Below are positions 62,371-64,000 of a stretch of DNA of 64,000 bases, in pieces; position 1 is the first letter of the stretch, and the number at the start of each line of letters is the position of its first letter. This stretch comes from Hyphomicrobiales bacterium (GTDB lineage: Bacteria > Pseudomonadota > Alphaproteobacteria > Rhizobiales > JAJFHC01): the NCBI GenBank assembly GCA_965227875.1, contig OZ245783.1, positions 4,442,356-4,506,355 of the forward strand. The letters are read 5' to 3'. The notes beneath the pieces are model-generated. The model saw only the letters and a list, made by a program, of their open reading frames with translations. It did no database searches and had not been told where the DNA came from. The translations under genes and the position numbers were made by a program.

Positions 62371-64000
62371 ATGACCGAAGCCCCTCTCCCGTCCCACGCG
62401 TCCGTCGTCGTCATCGGTGGCGGCATCATGGGGTGTTCGACCCTCTATCATCTCGCCGCGGCCGGTGTCGGAGATGCCGTCCTCCTCGAACGCAACAAGC
62501 TGACTTCCGGTACGACCTGGCATTCCGCAGCGCAGGTTCGCGCCTTGCGGTCGTCAAAGAACCTCACGGACCTGATCCGGTACTCGATATCGCTCTACGC
62601 CAAGCTCGAGGAAGAGACCGGCCAGGCGACCGGATGGATCAACAAGGGCTCCCTGTCGATCGCGACCAACGAGGACCGGATGATCCATATCCGCCGGCAG
62701 GTGGATCTCGCCCGCCTCTACGGCGTGCGCGCGCAGACGGTTTCAGCGGCCGAGGCCGGCGAGCGCTGGCCGCTCATGAACACCGAGGACGTCGTCGGTG
62801 CCGTCTGGTCTCCCGATGACGGCCGTGTAAGCCCGTCCGATCTCTGCGCGGCGCTCGTCAAGGGCGCGCGAGCGCGGGGCGCAAGTTTATTCGAGGACAC
62901 GGGCGTCGAAGCCATCCTCACCCGGAACGGCAAGGTTGCCGGGCTCGAAACCTCGCGGGGGCGGATCGATTGCGACGCGGTGGCACTGTGTACCGGGCTG
63001 TGGTCCCGCGAAGTGGCGGCGACGGCCGGTGCGTCCGTCCCGGTCTGGCCGTGCGAGCACTATTACCTGCTCACACAGCCCGTGGAAGGTATTTCCGGCA
63101 ATCTCCCGACCCTTTCGGATCATGACGGACACCTCTACATCCGCGACGATTCGGGCGGACTGCTCGTCGGGTGTTTCGAACCGAACGCAATCGCCATCGA
63201 CCCCGAACGCATCGGCAGCAGCTTCGAGTTCCAGCTGCTGCCCGAGGACTGGGATCACTTCGAACCCATGATGCTGAATGCCCTGCACAGACTGCCGGCC
63301 CTCGAGACCGCCGGTGTGCGGATGCTCCTGAACGGGCCCGAGAGCTTCACGCCCGACGGGTCGTTCCTGTTGGGCGAAACCGCGGAAACTAGCGGTCTCT
63401 TTCTCGGATGCGGCATGAACTCGGTGGGCGTGGCGACAGGCGGCGGCGCCGGGATGGCTTTGGCCCACTGCATCGTCAACGGGCGGACGCCAACCGATCT
63501 GCAGGAGGCCGACCCCAAGCGTTTTCCGGACGTGTTCAACGACGTGGCGGCCCTTTCCGAACGGGTCCCCGAAGTCCTGGGCAAGCACTATGAGATTGCC
63601 TATCCCGGTCGGCAGATGGACACGTCCCGAAACCTGCGGCTTTCGCCCCTGCACGACCAGTGGAAAGCGGCGAATGCATGGTTCGGCCAGGCCTACGGTT
63701 GGGAACGGCCGATGTACTTTGATGCAGCACGGCCGCCGGCACCGACCTTCGGACGGCCGGCCTGGTTCGAACAGGTCGGCGCCGAGGTCCGGCAGGCGCA
63801 TGAGCGCGCGGCGGTGTTCGACCTTTCGTCCTTCGGCCTGATCGACGTGTCCGGCCCCGACGCGAGGGACTTTCTCGAGCGCATGTGCGCCAACCGCATG
63901 GACCGGCCTGCCGGACGTGTCGTCTACACCACCATGTTGAACGAGACCGGCGGAATCGAGAGCGATCTGACGGCCATGGTCCTCGCCGATGACCATTACC
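62371..64000 (+). CDS. GcvT-family FAD oxidoreductase (dimethylglycine/sarcosine dehydrogenase-like), partial
   Basis: Own translation MTEAPLPSHASVVVIGGGIMGCSTLYHL...TSGTTWHSAA, NGPESFTPDG, GWERP and VVYTTMLNETGGIESDL. Runs off the right edge, so it is absent from the ORF track. Confidence 0.93.
   Translation, partial: MTEAPLPSHASVVVIGGGIMGCSTLYHLAAAGVGDAVLLERNKLTSGTTWHSAAQVRALRSSKNLTDLIRYSISLYAKLEEETGQATGWINKGSLSIATNEDRMIHIRRQVDLARLYGVRAQTVSAAEAGERWPLMNTEDVVGAVWSPDDGRVSPSDLCAALVKGARARGASLFEDTGVEAILTRNGKVAGLETSRGRIDCDAVALCTGLWSREVAATAGASVPVWPCEHYYLLTQPVEGISGNLPTLSDHDGHLYIRDDSGGLLVGCFEPNAIAIDPERIGSSFEFQLLPEDWDHFEPMMLNALHRLPALETAGVRMLLNGPESFTPDGSFLLGETAETSGLFLGCGMNSVGVATGGGAGMALAHCIVNGRTPTDLQEADPKRFPDVFNDVAALSERVPEVLGKHYEIAYPGRQMDTSRNLRLSPLHDQWKAANAWFGQAYGWERPMYFDAARPPAPTFGRPAWFEQVGAEVRQAHERAAVFDLSSFGLIDVSGPDARDFLERMCANRMDRPAGRVVYTTMLNETGGIESDLTAMVLADDHY

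Noticed and set aside
1-64000. tRNA/rRNA, CRISPR arrays, IS/integrase, prophage or defence genes
   Set aside because: No such motifs, regular repeat-spacer patterns or transposase ORFs were seen by eye.

Overview
High-GC alphaproteobacterial chromosomal window (gene content and mfd/sdhE/hspQ/ubiH order suggest a Hyphomicrobiales-like organism; this is inference). It holds about 58 real genes, and most other ORFs in the track are shadow frames. 1-19 kb is a catabolic region: a TRAP transporter, a NicX-like ring-cleavage dioxygenase operon (alpha/beta hydrolase, ACAD-fold flavoprotein, CoA ligase) with a MarR regulator and a divergent P450, a homogentisate operon (hmgA, FAH, atypical MBL protein, MhaAB-like hydroxylase pair) with a second MarR, and pcaBDC. 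19-30 kb holds a non-pyrrolysine MttB, an XRE-cupin regulator, cysG-DUF2849-cysI-DUF934, a GGDEF-EAL protein and rhodanese-metZ. 30-43 kb holds stress and envelope genes (Kbp-like BON-LysM, 1-Cys Prx, copper amine oxidase, GST, PCuAC, MFS, PRC-barrel, matrixin, methyltransferase, OmpA, DUF1326/DUF2182). 43-58 kb is core-like (UbiH family, CoA transferase, malyl-CoA lyase, hspQ, orphan SBP, degenerate and intact acyl-CoA ligases, DsbA family, mfd, sdhE). 58-64 kb holds a polar amino acid ABC system, RpiR and a GcvT-family oxidoreductase. No tRNA, rRNA, IS, prophage or CRISPR was seen. The strongest signals read directly from the DNA are shared non-coding motifs: (i) an 18-bp TAGTT-N8-AACTA palindrome linking the hmgA/marR divergon to the TRAP operon 12.6 kb away, (ii) a 22-bp site with a CGTTC-N8-GAACG core linking the XRE-cupin/cysG divergon to rhodanese-metZ, (iii) two consensus EcfG promoters, and (iv) a consensus CtrA box. 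All family assignments come from motif recognition by eye, not database searches.
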